From: Opitutia bacterium
Lineage (GTDB): Bacteria > Verrucomicrobiota > Verrucomicrobiia > Opitutales > Opitutaceae
Assembly (NCBI GenBank): GCA_947478395.1
Contig: CANJVR010000002.1
Location: forward strand, 768,001 to 832,000
Length of the DNA stretch: 64,000 bases
Direction of reading: 5' to 3'
Position numbers and translations under genes: made by a program. Positions within the stretch are counted from its first letter, which is position 1. Each line of letters starts with the position of its first letter. The notes beneath the pieces were generated by a model, which worked only from the letters and a program-made list of their open reading frames with translations, did not search any database and was not told where the DNA came from. Positions 54,248 to 64,000 of the stretch are shown here, piece after piece.

Positions 54248-57200
54248 ATGTCCGTCTCCGCACCTCGGCGCCTTAAGCTCACCGGTATTTGTCCCGCCGC
54301 GCGCGGGGCGGTACTCGCTGAGCTGACGCACGCGTATCCCGCGCCGGTGTGGCTGGTGGTGACCGACGAACTTAAGATCGCCGAGCAGCTCGCGGAAGAC
54401 GTCGCCTTTTTTCGCCACGCGGCGGTTGCCGCAGGAAATTCTTCCGCCCTCGCGGTGCACGTTTTTCCCGAGTCGATGCCCGACCACCGCGACATGCGCG
54501 AGGCTTTCGCCGCCTCGAGCGACCGGCTCGCGGTGCTTTCGAAATTGCGGGCGCTCCGCACGCCTTCCGGCACGCAGCTGCGCGCGGCCCACTCGCAGCT
54601 CCTGATTTTTTCGACGCCCGCCGCGCTGCTTCAACCCGTGCCGGCGCTCGAGGCGTTCGCGGCCCGCGAACTCACCCTCACGCGCGGCCAGCACCTGTCG
54701 TTCACCGGCCTTCTCGAACAACTGCGCGCTCTCGACTACGATTCCGAAGCCGTCTGCGAATCACCCGGCCATTACGCGATTCGCGGCGGTATCATCGATG
54801 TTTATCCCGTAACAGCGACGCAGCCCTACCGGCTCGATTTCTTCGGCGACGAGCTGGAGGAGATCCGGGCGTTCGATCCCGTTACGCAACGTTCCGGGGC
54901 AAAAATCGAGTCCATCGCCCTCGCGGCCTCCCCGCGGGTAAAACTCGATCCCGCCCAAACCGGTCTGGCCGACTATCTGCCCGCAGCGACGCACCTCGCG
55001 GTCGTCGAGCCGGTCGCGATCGAGGAATCTTTCAGCGCCCTCGCCCGCGAAGGTCGCGACGGACTGACCCCGCTCCTTCAGCAATGCTCCACGCACTTCG
55101 GCCTGTGCGATCTCGACGAAGCGAGCGCGCTTTTCGATCAGGCCGCCGATGAGCAAACGTGGGACACCGAGAGTCTCGCGCACCACCGGAGTTATCCCGA
55201 CAACGCGCTCGTCGCTCAGGAGCGGCTGCAAGTCGAGGCCGACGCCCGGCAACAGTTTCTCCATCAAATCGCGGCGTGGAAAAAATCGGGCTACGCCGTG
55301 GCCATCGTGGCGTCGAAGGAAGGCGAAGAGCAGCGCATCCGCGAAATTATCGCCGAGGACAGCGCACTGAAAAAACTGCAGCCGCTTTTTCTCCGCGGCG
55401 CACTCAACGAGGGCTTCCGCATCACGTATCGGGCCTCAACCCGAAACGCCAAACCCGAAACCCTGCAACTGGCCCCGAAGGGCGCCGGCCTTGTCGTCGT
55501 CACCGAAACCGAAATTTTCGGACGCCAGCGCGCACGCCGGGTCACCGGCACCGTCCGCGCCACGGCGCAACGCGCGCAAATCGACCAGTTGTTGGATTTC
55601 GCCGATCTCGTGGAGGGCGACTTCGTCGTTCACCTCCAGCACGGCATCGCGGTCTACCGCGGCCTCACCAAACTCGACACGGCGCAGGGCCTGCGCGAAG
55701 TCATCTCGCTTGAGTTCGACGATCAGGTGACGCTGCACGTCCCGCTGCAGGAATCCCATCTCATCAGCCGCTATGTCGGGCTCGGCAAAACGCGTCCACA
55801 GCTCGGCCGCATTGGCTCGGGTCGCTGGGAAAAGGCCCGGCAGGCGGCCGAACGCGCCACCATCGATCTCGCGGCCGAACTGCTCCGCATCCACGCCGAA
55901 CGCGAGGCCCAGCCCGGTCACGCCTTTCCGCCCGACACCACCTGGCAGAAAGAATTCGAGGCGTCGTTTCCGTTCACTGAAACGCGCGATCAATTGAAGG
56001 CCATCAACGACGCCAAGGCCGACATGGAACGCACCCGCCCGATGGACCGGCTCGTTTGCGGTGACGTGGGTTTCGGCAAAACGGAAGTAGCCATCCGCGC
56101 CGCGTTCAAAGCCGTCCAGGGAGGACGTCAGGTCGCGCTGCTCGTGCCGACAACGGTGCTCGCCCAGCAACATCTCAACACGTTCCGCGAGCGCATGGCC
56201 GGCTATCCGATCGCGGTCGAAATGGTCAGCCGATTCCGCTCGCGCGCGGAGCAGAAGAAAATCCTGGCGGCCGTCGCCGCCGGCCAGGTTGATATCCTCA
56301 TCGGCACACACCGGCTGCTCCAAGCCGATGTGAAGTTTCGCGATCTCGGCCTGGTCGTCTTCGACGAAGAGCAGCGTTTTGGCGTGAAGCACAAGGAGGT
56401 CTTCAAGCGCATGCGCGCAACCGTCGACGTCCTCTCGATGAGCGCCACGCCGATTCCGCGCACGTTGTACATGGCGCTCACCGGCGCGCGGGACCTGAGC
56501 GTGATCGAGACGGCTCCGACCAACCGTCATCCCATCCAAACCATCGTCAAAACCTACGACGAGCAGGTCGTCGTCGATGCGATCCGCCACGAGATCCGTC
56601 GCGGCGGCCAGGTGTTTTACCTGCACAATCGCGTGATGACGATCGAGCTGGTCGCCGCGCGTCTCCGTGAATTGCTGCCCGATCTCACGATCGGCGTGGG
56701 TCACGGGCAGATGGACGCCGACGAGCTGGAACGCGTGATGACCGACTTCGTCGCGGGAAAATTCCACGTGCTCATTTGCACCACGATCATCGAGAGCGGA
56801 CTCGATATCCCGAATTGTAACACGATCATCATCGAAGGCGCGGATCGTTTCGGACTCTCCCAACTCTACCAACTCCGCGGGCGCGTCGGTCGTTTCAAGC
56901 ATCAGGCGTACGCCTATCTGCTGCTGCACCGGCACACGAAACTCCTCGAAGTAGCGCGCCAGCGCCTGACGGCCATGCGGCAGCACAACCAGCTCGGCGC
57001 CGGTTTTCGCATCGCGATGCGCGACCTCGAATTGCGCGGAGCCGGCAATCTTCTCGGCTCCGAACAGAGCGGCCACATTATCGGCGTGGGCTTTGAACTC
57101 TATTGCCAGTTGCTCCGGCAATCCGTGGCCCGGCTGAAAGGCGACAAGACCGCCGCCGCGATCCGCGCGAGCGTAAAGCTCGATTTCGTTTTCGTCGGCG

Positions 57201-57676
57201 AAGGCGCGCCACGCGAGCGCGGCGACACGCGCAACCGGCACGGCGGCAGTTACACGGCCATCCGCGATGCCGAGGATGCGGCCAACGAAGGCCCGGGCGT
57301 TGCACCGATCCAAGCGCGCATCCCGCCCAACTACGTCAACGAAACCCGCCTGCGCATCGATTTCTACCGCAAACTGGCTCTCGCCGACACCGTGCCCGCG
57401 CTCAAACAGATCGAGTCCGATCTGCGCGACCGGTTCGGAAAATTCGCCGAGGAAGTACGCGCGCTGCTCATGCTGACGGAGATTCGGATCCGCGCGGAAC
57501 AAAAAGGCATTGTTTCCGTCGAAACCGAATCAAACCGCCTCAAGTGTCAGCGTAACAGCGGTCGCCACGACGATTGGGTGATGCACGGCACCCGGTTTCC
57601 ACGGTTGACCGCGACCGAGCCACTTCTACGGTTAAAAGAAGTAATCACGTTTTTGAACAATCTGCCGTCCCCATGA
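54248..57676 (+). CDS. mfd: Transcription-repair coupling factor
   Basis: VVHLQHGI, MDRLVCGDVGFGKTE, DEEQRFG, SATPIPRT, QLRGRVGR and DLELRGAGNLLG. Confidence 0.97.
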   Translation: MSVSAPRRLKLTGICPAARGAVLAELTHAYPAPVWLVVTDELKIAEQLAEDVAFFRHAAVAAGNSSALAVHVFPESMPDHRDMREAFAASSDRLAVLSKLRALRTPSGTQLRAAHSQLLIFSTPAALLQPVPALEAFAARELTLTRGQHLSFTGLLEQLRALDYDSEAVCESPGHYAIRGGIIDVYPVTATQPYRLDFFGDELEEIRAFDPVTQRSGAKIESIALAASPRVKLDPAQTGLADYLPAATHLAVVEPVAIEESFSALAREGRDGLTPLLQQCSTHFGLCDLDEASALFDQAADEQTWDTESLAHHRSYPDNALVAQERLQVEADARQQFLHQIAAWKKSGYAVAIVASKEGEEQRIREIIAEDSALKKLQPLFLRGALNEGFRITYRASTRNAKPETLQLAPKGAGLVVVTETEIFGRQRARRVTGTVRATAQRAQIDQLLDFADLVEGDFVVHLQHGIAVYRGLTKLDTAQGLREVISLEFDDQVTLHVPLQESHLISRYVGLGKTRPQLGRIGSGRWEKARQAAERATIDLAAELLRIHAEREAQPGHAFPPDTTWQKEFEASFPFTETRDQLKAINDAKADMERTRPMDRLVCGDVGFGKTEVAIRAAFKAVQGGRQVALLVPTTVLAQQHLNTFRERMAGYPIAVEMVSRFRSRAEQKKILAAVAAGQVDILIGTHRLLQADVKFRDLGLVVFDEEQRFGVKHKEVFKRMRATVDVLSMSATPIPRTLYMALTGARDLSVIETAPTNRHPIQTIVKTYDEQVVVDAIRHEIRRGGQVFYLHNRVMTIELVAARLRELLPDLTIGVGHGQMDADELERVMTDFVAGKFHVLICTTIIESGLDIPNCNTIIIEGADRFGLSQLYQLRGRVGRFKHQAYAYLLLHRHTKLLEVARQRLTAMRQHNQLGAGFRIAMRDLELRGAGNLLGSEQSGHIIGVGFELYCQLLRQSVARLKGDKTAAAIRASVKLDFVFVGEGAPRERGDTRNRHGGSYTAIRDAEDAANEGPGVAPIQARIPPNYVNETRLRIDFYRKLALADTVPALKQIESDLRDRFGKFAEEVRALLMLTEIRIRAEQKGIVSVETESNRLKCQRNSGRHDDWVMHGTRFPRLTATEPLLRLKEVITFLNNLPSP

Positions 57677-58722
57677 TGTCCACTCATCGTCGCTGTTTTG
57701 CGGTCTTCGCTCTTGCGCTCGCCGGCTCGGCCTTAGTTTCTGCGCAGCCTTTTGCCGCCCCCCTGGCGGCCCCCGCTCCTACTGGCGCCGTCAGCGACGG
57801 TTTGAACTCCCGCTTCGCCAACGGCATCGCCGCGATTGCGGAAGAAAAGGTGATTACGGTCGACGACGTCCGCCGTGAAATCGGTCAATACGCCGCGCAG
57901 ATCCAGCGCGAAGCCCGCAACGAAAAGGAGTTCAACGACAAGCTCGAAGCCCTGCAGGACAGCGTGATTCAAGACCTGATCGACAAAGTTTTAATCATCA
58001 AAGAATTCAAGAAAGAGAAGGACGGAAAGGAAGCCCGTCATATCCCGGAGAGCTTTATCGACAACAAGATCGCCGACATTTTGAGCGAGCAGTTCGACAA
58101 CGACCGTTCCAAGTTTCTCGCCTACCTGCGCTCACGCGGACAAACCATCCGCGAATTCCGCAAAGATCAGGAAGAAGACATCATTTACCGCTACATGACG
58201 GGACAGCAGCGGAAGTCACAAAGCTTGGTCAGCCCGGTCCGCATCGAAACATTCTACCGCGAAAACAAAGACCACTTCGTACAGGAAGACAGCGTGCATC
58301 TCCGGATGATTCAGCTCGCTAAAAACGACGATCTCACGACCGATGCGCAACTGGTCGCGAAGGCGAACGAGATCGCGGTGCGTTTCCGCGCCGGAACGAG
58401 TTTCGCGGATCTCGCCAAGGAATTCAGCGTGGGCACGACCCGGCTTAAAGGTGGCGAGAGCGGCTGGATGAACCGAACCAGTCTCAAAAAAGAATTCAGT
58501 GACCCACTATTTTTACTCAAAAAAGGTGATATCTCCGAGCCGCTTGTGACCGCCGATGGCTGCTTTCTCCTTTTTGCCGAGGACCGCAAGTACGCCGGCA
58601 CGCAGAGCATCGACGAAGTGCGCGATCAAATCGAACGCACCCTAGTTACCCAGATGGCGCGTTCGAACCAGGAACGCTGGCTCGAACGTCTGCGCCGCAA
58701 TGGGTACGTGAAGCATTATTGA
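57673..58722 (+). CDS. SurA-like peptidyl-prolyl isomerase/chaperone
   Basis: Signal peptide, SurA-N-like helices and parvulin motif FADLAKEFS..GGESG; usual position after mfd. Confidence 0.8.
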   Translation: MMSTHRRCFAVFALALAGSALVSAQPFAAPLAAPAPTGAVSDGLNSRFANGIAAIAEEKVITVDDVRREIGQYAAQIQREARNEKEFNDKLEALQDSVIQDLIDKVLIIKEFKKEKDGKEARHIPESFIDNKIADILSEQFDNDRSKFLAYLRSRGQTIREFRKDQEEDIIYRYMTGQQRKSQSLVSPVRIETFYRENKDHFVQEDSVHLRMIQLAKNDDLTTDAQLVAKANEIAVRFRAGTSFADLAKEFSVGTTRLKGGESGWMNRTSLKKEFSDPLFLLKKGDISEPLVTADGCFLLFAEDRKYAGTQSIDEVRDQIERTLVTQMARSNQERWLERLRRNGYVKHY

Positions 58723-58746
58723 GCGCGGCGTCGCGCGCGCGACGCG

Positions 58747-58788
58747 GTTCTGAGTTTTGGGTTTTGAGTTCTGGGTTTTGGGTTTTGG
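58747..58788. repeat. Heptamer tandem repeat GTTYTGR x6
   Basis: gttctga gttttgg gttttga gttctgg gttttgg gttttgg. Confidence 0.85.
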
Positions 58789-58903
58789 GTTTCTGACAAA
58801 CTCAACCACGGCGCGGGGTCGGTCGGGTTATTTCCGCGCCGCGCCGATGATGACAGGCACCGCGCTGGCATCAGGAGACGCGCACGTTTTCACTCGACGA
58901 AGC

Positions 58904-59638
58904 ATGAGCGAAGGCGAGTCGTTTCCCGAACATCCCAACCGTCTCAAAACCATGGCGGTGGCAGAACGCCCGCAGGAGCGCCTCGAAAAATTCGGTTCGC
59001 AAGCACTCAGCGACACGGAGCTCCTCGCCCTATTGTTGCGCAGCGGTACGCGAGGACAGGACGTGCTCACGCTCGCCAGCCGGCTCATCGCCGAAGCAGG
59101 TTCGCTCGCCGGTTTGATCACGTGGCGGACCGCCGAATTTCGGGCGTTCAAAGGCATCGGTCCGGTGAAGGCGCTACAACTTGTAGCCGTCATGGAAATC
59201 GCGCGGCGTGTGCTCGGTCAGCCGGTGGGTGAGGCGCCGCTTCTGAATCGCTCCAGTCTAGTTGTCGCCTTCCTCCATCCCGTGGTGTTTGGGTTAGAGG
59301 TAGAAAAATTCTGGGTCCTGTGCCTCAACCGCCGCCAACGCTTGCTTAGCTTCGAGGAAATCACCTCCGGCATCGCGCACGGCACGCTCGCCCACCCGCG
59401 CGAGGTTTTTCGAACGGCGATCCGCAAGGCGGCGAGCGCGATTGTGTGCGTGCACAATCATCCCAGCGGCGATCCGATGCCGAGCGCCGCCGATATCGCG
59501 ATCACCCGTCAGCTCCGCGCAGCGGCGCAGACCGTGGATATTCCGCTGCACGATCACATCATCATCGGCCGCCCCGGCGCTGATCCAGCCGGCCGCGGCT
59601 ACTACAGCTTCGCCGAAGCGGGTTATTTAAAGGACTGA
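58904..59638 (+). CDS. radC: RadC/JAB-domain protein
   Basis: ERPQERL..ALSDTELLA, GIGPVKA, HPREVF, HNHPSGD and DHII. Confidence 0.93.
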   Translation: MSEGESFPEHPNRLKTMAVAERPQERLEKFGSQALSDTELLALLLRSGTRGQDVLTLASRLIAEAGSLAGLITWRTAEFRAFKGIGPVKALQLVAVMEIARRVLGQPVGEAPLLNRSSLVVAFLHPVVFGLEVEKFWVLCLNRRQRLLSFEEITSGIAHGTLAHPREVFRTAIRKAASAIVCVHNHPSGDPMPSAADIAITRQLRAAAQTVDIPLHDHIIIGRPGADPAGRGYYSFAEAGYLKD

Positions 59639-60054
59639 GCAATGCGCGGGATTTGTCGGGGCGGGAAACCCTGCTGCTGGACAACTTCTCCCCACCGCCG
59701 TTTGCATAAAAACCCCGCCCTTCCGCGCGCATAAATTCGCCATTTTGCCTGGCAGGCCAACCCTGCCCCTTGCGCACTGCGACGACGCAAGAAACCGTCG
59801 CGATGAGTGCGTTGCTTTAGTTCGTTTCCGACCCCGATCCCGGGATTTTCCAGGCGCGGACGTCAGCTACATTCTCCCTGAATCTCGCGCCCCAATCCCG
59901 TACGCCCCGCCCCGCTACTTCAGTGAAAAAGAAGCGCTTATGGAAAAACTATTCGCCTGACCCGTATTCATAAAAATTGCATCGTATACGCCACCGGTTC
60001 GTCTGACTCGCTGACGAACAAAACCCGTGTTTTCGTTTGTTTCCCCAATCTTGC

Positions 60055-61338
60055 ATGAACTCTCCCCTTACCACACCACCGCCGCCGGTTCCGCCTTCGT
60101 CGAAAACCACCGGTTGGTGGGTGTTCGCGGTCATCGTCGCGCTCGCGGCGGGCGGCTATTATTTCTACGCGAATAAAAAATCCGAGACCCCCGTGGTCGC
60201 GGCGCCGGCGCCCGGACGGGGCGGTGGCGGTGGCGGAGGACGCGGCGGACGTTTTGGCGGCGGCGGGCCGGTGCCCATTTCATCCGCGGTTGCGGCCGCC
60301 GGGGAATTACGGGTTTACCTCTCGGCGCTTGGCTCGGTCACCGCGCTTAATACGATCACGGTAAAAAGTCGCGCCGATGGTGAACTGAAGAAAATCCACT
60401 TCACCGAGGGCCAGCTCGTCAAAGCCGGCGACCTGCTCGCCGAGATCGATCCACGCTCCTATCAGGTCGCGCTGGAACAAGCGCAGGGCCAGCTCGCCCG
60501 CGACACGGCCCAGCTCGACAACGCGAAGCACGATCTCGAGCGTTATCAAAACGCCCGGGAAGCGGTTACCCAACAGCAGGTCGATGCCGTCGCTTCCCAA
60601 GTGGCGCAGTACGCCGGCGCCGTGCGGGCCGACCAGGGCTCGGTCGCCAACTATCAACTTCAACTCAGCTACTGCCGTGTCACCGCGCCGATCGCCGGCC
60701 GCGTGGGCCTGCGTCTGGTGGATCAGGGCAACTTAGTCCGCTCGGGCGATCAGTCGGGCATCGTCGTGATTGCACAGGAAGAGCCCATCGCGGTGGTGTT
60801 CAGTATTCCGGAGGACAATCTGCCCCAAATCCGCCAGGCCCTGGCCAAGGGCGAAGAACTCGCCGTCGAGGCCTACGATCGCAGCCTGCAAACCAAACTC
60901 GCGCAGGGAAAACTTGTGGCCGTCGACAATCAAATCGATGCCGCCACGGGCACGGTTAAATTGAAAGCGACCTTCGCGAATGAAGACCACGGGTTGTTTC
61001 CAAATCAGTTCGTGAACGTCCGCATGCTCACCGAGATCCAGCGGAACGTGGTTCTCGTTCCGAATTCCGCGGTCCAGATCGGCGCGGCCTCGCGCTTTGT
61101 CTTTATCACCAAAGCGGACGACACCGTCGAGCGCCGCAACGTGACTATCGGCCGCACCGAAGGCGAAAAGACCGTGATTCTCACGGGCGTCGCCGTGGGC
61201 GACACCGTCGTCACCGAGGGCCTCGATCGCTTGCAAGACGGAGCCAAAGTCGCACCCCGGGTTGTGCCCACGGTGAAACCCGGCGCCGACGCCCGAGGCG
61301 AAGGCGCGCGGCGCGGCTCCCGCAAGACTCCGCAATGA
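60055..61338 (+). CDS. mdtA: RND efflux membrane fusion protein, MdtA-like
   Basis: TM anchor, [32 protein letters not shown] and LFPNQFVN. Confidence 0.88.
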   Translation: MNSPLTTPPPPVPPSSKTTGWWVFAVIVALAAGGYYFYANKKSETPVVAAPAPGRGGGGGGGRGGRFGGGGPVPISSAVAAAGELRVYLSALGSVTALNTITVKSRADGELKKIHFTEGQLVKAGDLLAEIDPRSYQVALEQAQGQLARDTAQLDNAKHDLERYQNAREAVTQQQVDAVASQVAQYAGAVRADQGSVANYQLQLSYCRVTAPIAGRVGLRLVDQGNLVRSGDQSGIVVIAQEEPIAVVFSIPEDNLPQIRQALAKGEELAVEAYDRSLQTKLAQGKLVAVDNQIDAATGTVKLKATFANEDHGLFPNQFVNVRMLTEIQRNVVLVPNSAVQIGAASRFVFITKADDTVERRNVTIGRTEGEKTVILTGVAVGDTVVTEGLDRLQDGAKVAPRVVPTVKPGADARGEGARRGSRKTPQ

Positions 61339-64000
61339 ACATCTCACGTCCGTTCATCGAGCGGCCGGTCGCCACGTCGCTCCTGATGGTGGCGCTGCTG
61401 CTGTCCGGCATCATTGCGTACCGCGTGTTGTCCATCTCGGCGCTGCCCGAGGTCGACTACCCGACCATTCAAATCACCGCGCTTTATCCGGGCGCGAGTC
61501 CGGAGGTCATGACGTCAGCCGTCACGGCGCCGCTCGAAAAACAATTCGGGCAAATGTCGGGATTGAGCCAGATGACGTCGGTGAGTTCCGGCGGCTCATC
61601 CGTGATCACGTTGCAGTTCGGTTTGGAAATCGCCCTCGATGTAGCCGAGCAGGAAGTACAGGCCGCGATCAACGCCTCCAACAGTTTCCTCCCGCGCGAT
61701 CTCCCGAGTCCGCCGACCTACAGCAAGGTCAACCCAGCCGACACGCCGATCATGACGCTGGCCATCACGTCCGACACGATGCCGTTGCCCAAGATCGAGG
61801 ATCTGGTCGACACCCGACTCGCGCAAAAAATCTCCCAAGTCTCCGGCGTCGGCCTCGTCAGCATTTCGGGCGGCCAGCGGCCCGCCGTGCGCATCCAAGT
61901 GAATCCGAACGCCCTCGCCGCGCTCGGCCTCGATCTCGAACAGGTGCGCAGCGCCATTTCTGCCGCCAACTCCAATTCGGCGAAGGGTAGTTTCGACGGC
62001 GCCACGCAGGCCTCAACGATCAACGCGAACGACCAGCTCAAGTCCTCCGAGGAATATAATCGCGTGATTATCGCCTATAAAAATGGCGCCGCGATCCGCC
62101 TCTCCGACGTCGCCGAAACCGTCGATGGCGCGGAAAACATGTACCTCGCGGCGTGGGCGAATCGCACGCCCGGTGTCATTCTCAACATCCAGCGCCAGCC
62201 GGGCGCCAACGTCATCCAGGTCGTCGACCGCATCAAGGCCTTGCTGCCCCAGCTCCAGGCCGCACTGCCCAATTCCGTCGAGGTTTCGCTGCTTACGGAT
62301 CGCACGACGACGATCCGTGCTTCGGTCGAGGACGTAGAATTCGAGCTCCTCCTGGCCATCGGGCTGGTGGTGATGGTGATCTTCATTTTTCTGCGCAACG
62401 TACCGGCGACGATCATTCCCGGCATCGCCGTGCCGCTCTCGCTGATCGGCACGTTCGGCGTGATGTACCTGGCCGGTTTTTCCATCAACAATCTCACGCT
62501 GATGGCGCTGACCATCGCCACGGGCTTCGTCGTCGACGACGCCATCGTGATGATCGAAAATATCTCGCGCTATATCGAAGAGGGAGAGGACCCGCTCACC
62601 GCCGCACTCAAGGGCTCCGAGCAGATTGGGTTCACCATCATCTCGCTGACGTTTTCGCTGATCGCCGTGTTGATTCCGCTGTTGTTCATGGCGGATGTCA
62701 TCGGCCGGTTGTTTCGCGAGTTCGCGATCACGCTCGCCGTCTCGATCCTGATCTCGGCGGTGATTTCCCTAACTCTCACGCCGATGATGTGCGCGAAGTT
62801 GCTCCGCCACGTGCCCGAGGAAAAGCAAAGTCGTTTCTATCATGCGAGCGGGCGTTTCTTCGACTCTATCATCGCCGCGTACGGCACGATGCTGCGCTGG
62901 GTGCTTGAACGCCAAAAGCTGACCCTGCTCGTCGCCCTCGGCACGGTCGTGCTCACCGGGCTGCTTTACGCCTGGATTCCTAAAGGATTTTTCCCGTCGC
63001 AGGACACCGGCGTGATTCAAGGCATCACCGAGGCGTCGCAGGACATCTCGTTCGGCGCGATGGGCGAACGCCAGCAGGCTTTGGCCGACGCCATCCTCCA
63101 GGATCCAGAAGTCGAAAGCCTTTCCTCGTTCATCGGTATCGATGGCACGAACTCGACCCTCAACAGCGGCCGCATTTCGATTAACTTGAAGCCGCTCGCC
63201 GACCGCCACGCACGCGCCCCGGAAATCATCCGGCGCCTGCAGCAAAGGGTGAGCTCTGTTCCCGGTATCACGCTCTACATGCAGCCGGTGCAGGACATCA
63301 GCATCGATACGACCGTGAGCCGCACGCAGTATCAGTTTGTGCTCCAAAGCACGTCGGGCACCGATCTCGCGACCTGGGTGCCGCAGTTGATGGACAAACT
63401 TTCCACCGTGCCCCAGCTCGCCGATCTCGCGAGCGACCTCCAGACGAACGGCCGGCAAGTCTACGTCGAAATCGACCGCAGCCTCGCGAGCCGCTATGGG
63501 ATTTCGACCACCGACATCAGTAACCTGCTCTACAGCGCGCTCGGCCAACGGTTGATCTCCACCATCTTCACCCAGTCGAACCAGTACCGCGTCGTGCTCG
63601 AGATCAAACCGGAATTCCGGCAAGGTCCGGCCTCGCTCGAAAACCTATATGTGAAAGCTTCGGACGGCACACCCGTGCGACTCTCCAGTCTCGCCCGCAT
63701 CGTGGAGCAATCCGCCCAACTGGCGATTTCCCGCTCGAGCCAGCTGCCAGCCACACGCATTTCGTTCAACCTCGCGCCCGGCGCCTCACTCGGCGAAGCG
63801 GTGGATGCGATCAAACTCGTCGAAAAGGAAATCGGCCTTCCGCTCTCGATCGACACGACCTTCCAAGGCGCGGCCAAGGCTTTCGAGACCGCGCTGGCCA
63901 ACGAACTCTGGCTGATTCTCGCGGCGATTGTGACCATGTACATCGTCCTCGGCGTGCTCTACGAGAGCTACATCCATCCGATCACGATTCTCTCCACCCT
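61335..64000 (+). CDS. mdtB: RND efflux permease, MdtB-like; runs off the window end
   Basis: [40 protein letters not shown] and [11 protein letters not shown]. Absent from the ORF track because it has no stop codon in the window. Confidence 0.9.
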   Translation, partial: MNISRPFIERPVATSLLMVALLLSGIIAYRVLSISALPEVDYPTIQITALYPGASPEVMTSAVTAPLEKQFGQMSGLSQMTSVSSGGSSVITLQFGLEIALDVAEQEVQAAINASNSFLPRDLPSPPTYSKVNPADTPIMTLAITSDTMPLPKIEDLVDTRLAQKISQVSGVGLVSISGGQRPAVRIQVNPNALAALGLDLEQVRSAISAANSNSAKGSFDGATQASTINANDQLKSSEEYNRVIIAYKNGAAIRLSDVAETVDGAENMYLAAWANRTPGVILNIQRQPGANVIQVVDRIKALLPQLQAALPNSVEVSLLTDRTTTIRASVEDVEFELLLAIGLVVMVIFIFLRNVPATIIPGIAVPLSLIGTFGVMYLAGFSINNLTLMALTIATGFVVDDAIVMIENISRYIEEGEDPLTAALKGSEQIGFTIISLTFSLIAVLIPLLFMADVIGRLFREFAITLAVSILISAVISLTLTPMMCAKLLRHVPEEKQSRFYHASGRFFDSIIAAYGTMLRWVLERQKLTLLVALGTVVLTGLLYAWIPKGFFPSQDTGVIQGITEASQDISFGAMGERQQALADAILQDPEVESLSSFIGIDGTNSTLNSGRISINLKPLADRHARAPEIIRRLQQRVSSVPGITLYMQPVQDISIDTTVSRTQYQFVLQSTSGTDLATWVPQLMDKLSTVPQLADLASDLQTNGRQVYVEIDRSLASRYGISTTDISNLLYSALGQRLISTIFTQSNQYRVVLEIKPEFRQGPASLENLYVKASDGTPVRLSSLARIVEQSAQLAISRSSQLPATRISFNLAPGASLGEAVDAIKLVEKEIGLPLSIDTTFQGAAKAFETALANELWLILAAIVTMYIVLGVLYESYIHPITILST

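Noticed and set aside
55436..57502. 688-aa antisense ORF opposite mfd, and similar long shadow ORFs (777-2057, 10776-12092, 22288-24075, 26260-27804, 33545-34879)
   Set aside because: They overlap well-supported genes on the opposite strand and carry no family motifs. High-GC codon bias is expected to produce them.
58747..58795. Possible CRISPR or telomere-like array
   Set aside because: Contiguous 7-bp units with no spacers and no cas genes; treated as a short tandem repeat.
58904..59638. radC as a mobile-element marker
   Set aside because: It is the full-length form with HhH and JAB regions, among housekeeping genes, with no integrase or transposase nearby.
59639..60054. 416-bp gap before mdtA with a 71-aa ORF
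   Set aside because: The ORF has no recognisable features or strong start. Probably a promoter region, but no element could be supported.

Overview
GC-rich bacterial DNA, most likely Verrucomicrobiota (Opitutaceae-like). That assignment is inferred from the gene families, the LacI subtype and the SD-poor, C-rich leaders; it is not proven. Positions 1-50430 form a large glucuronoarabinoxylan-debranching and pentose/uronate catabolism locus. It holds GH95, three GH43-type enzymes, GH62, GH3, GH67, six esterases, two GPH-family MFS symporters, xylA, a mutarotase, uxuA plus an SDR, an FAH-family dehydratase plus KGSA dehydrogenase, a LacI regulator and a NarL-type two-component system. Three diverged copies of a function-unknown module sit inside it: a diheme cytochrome c DUF1592-family protein followed by a Tat-exported His-rich DUF1552 protein. 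Two of these copies lie in esterase-led gene runs that share a 37-bp upstream motif in the same orientation. A tRNA-Cys marks the switch to housekeeping genes (ParA-family ATPase, ABC-2 permeases, rnc, mfd, SurA-like PPIase, radC, mdtA-mdtB). No CRISPR array, integrase or transposase was seen. All family calls come from motif recognition by eye, without database searches.
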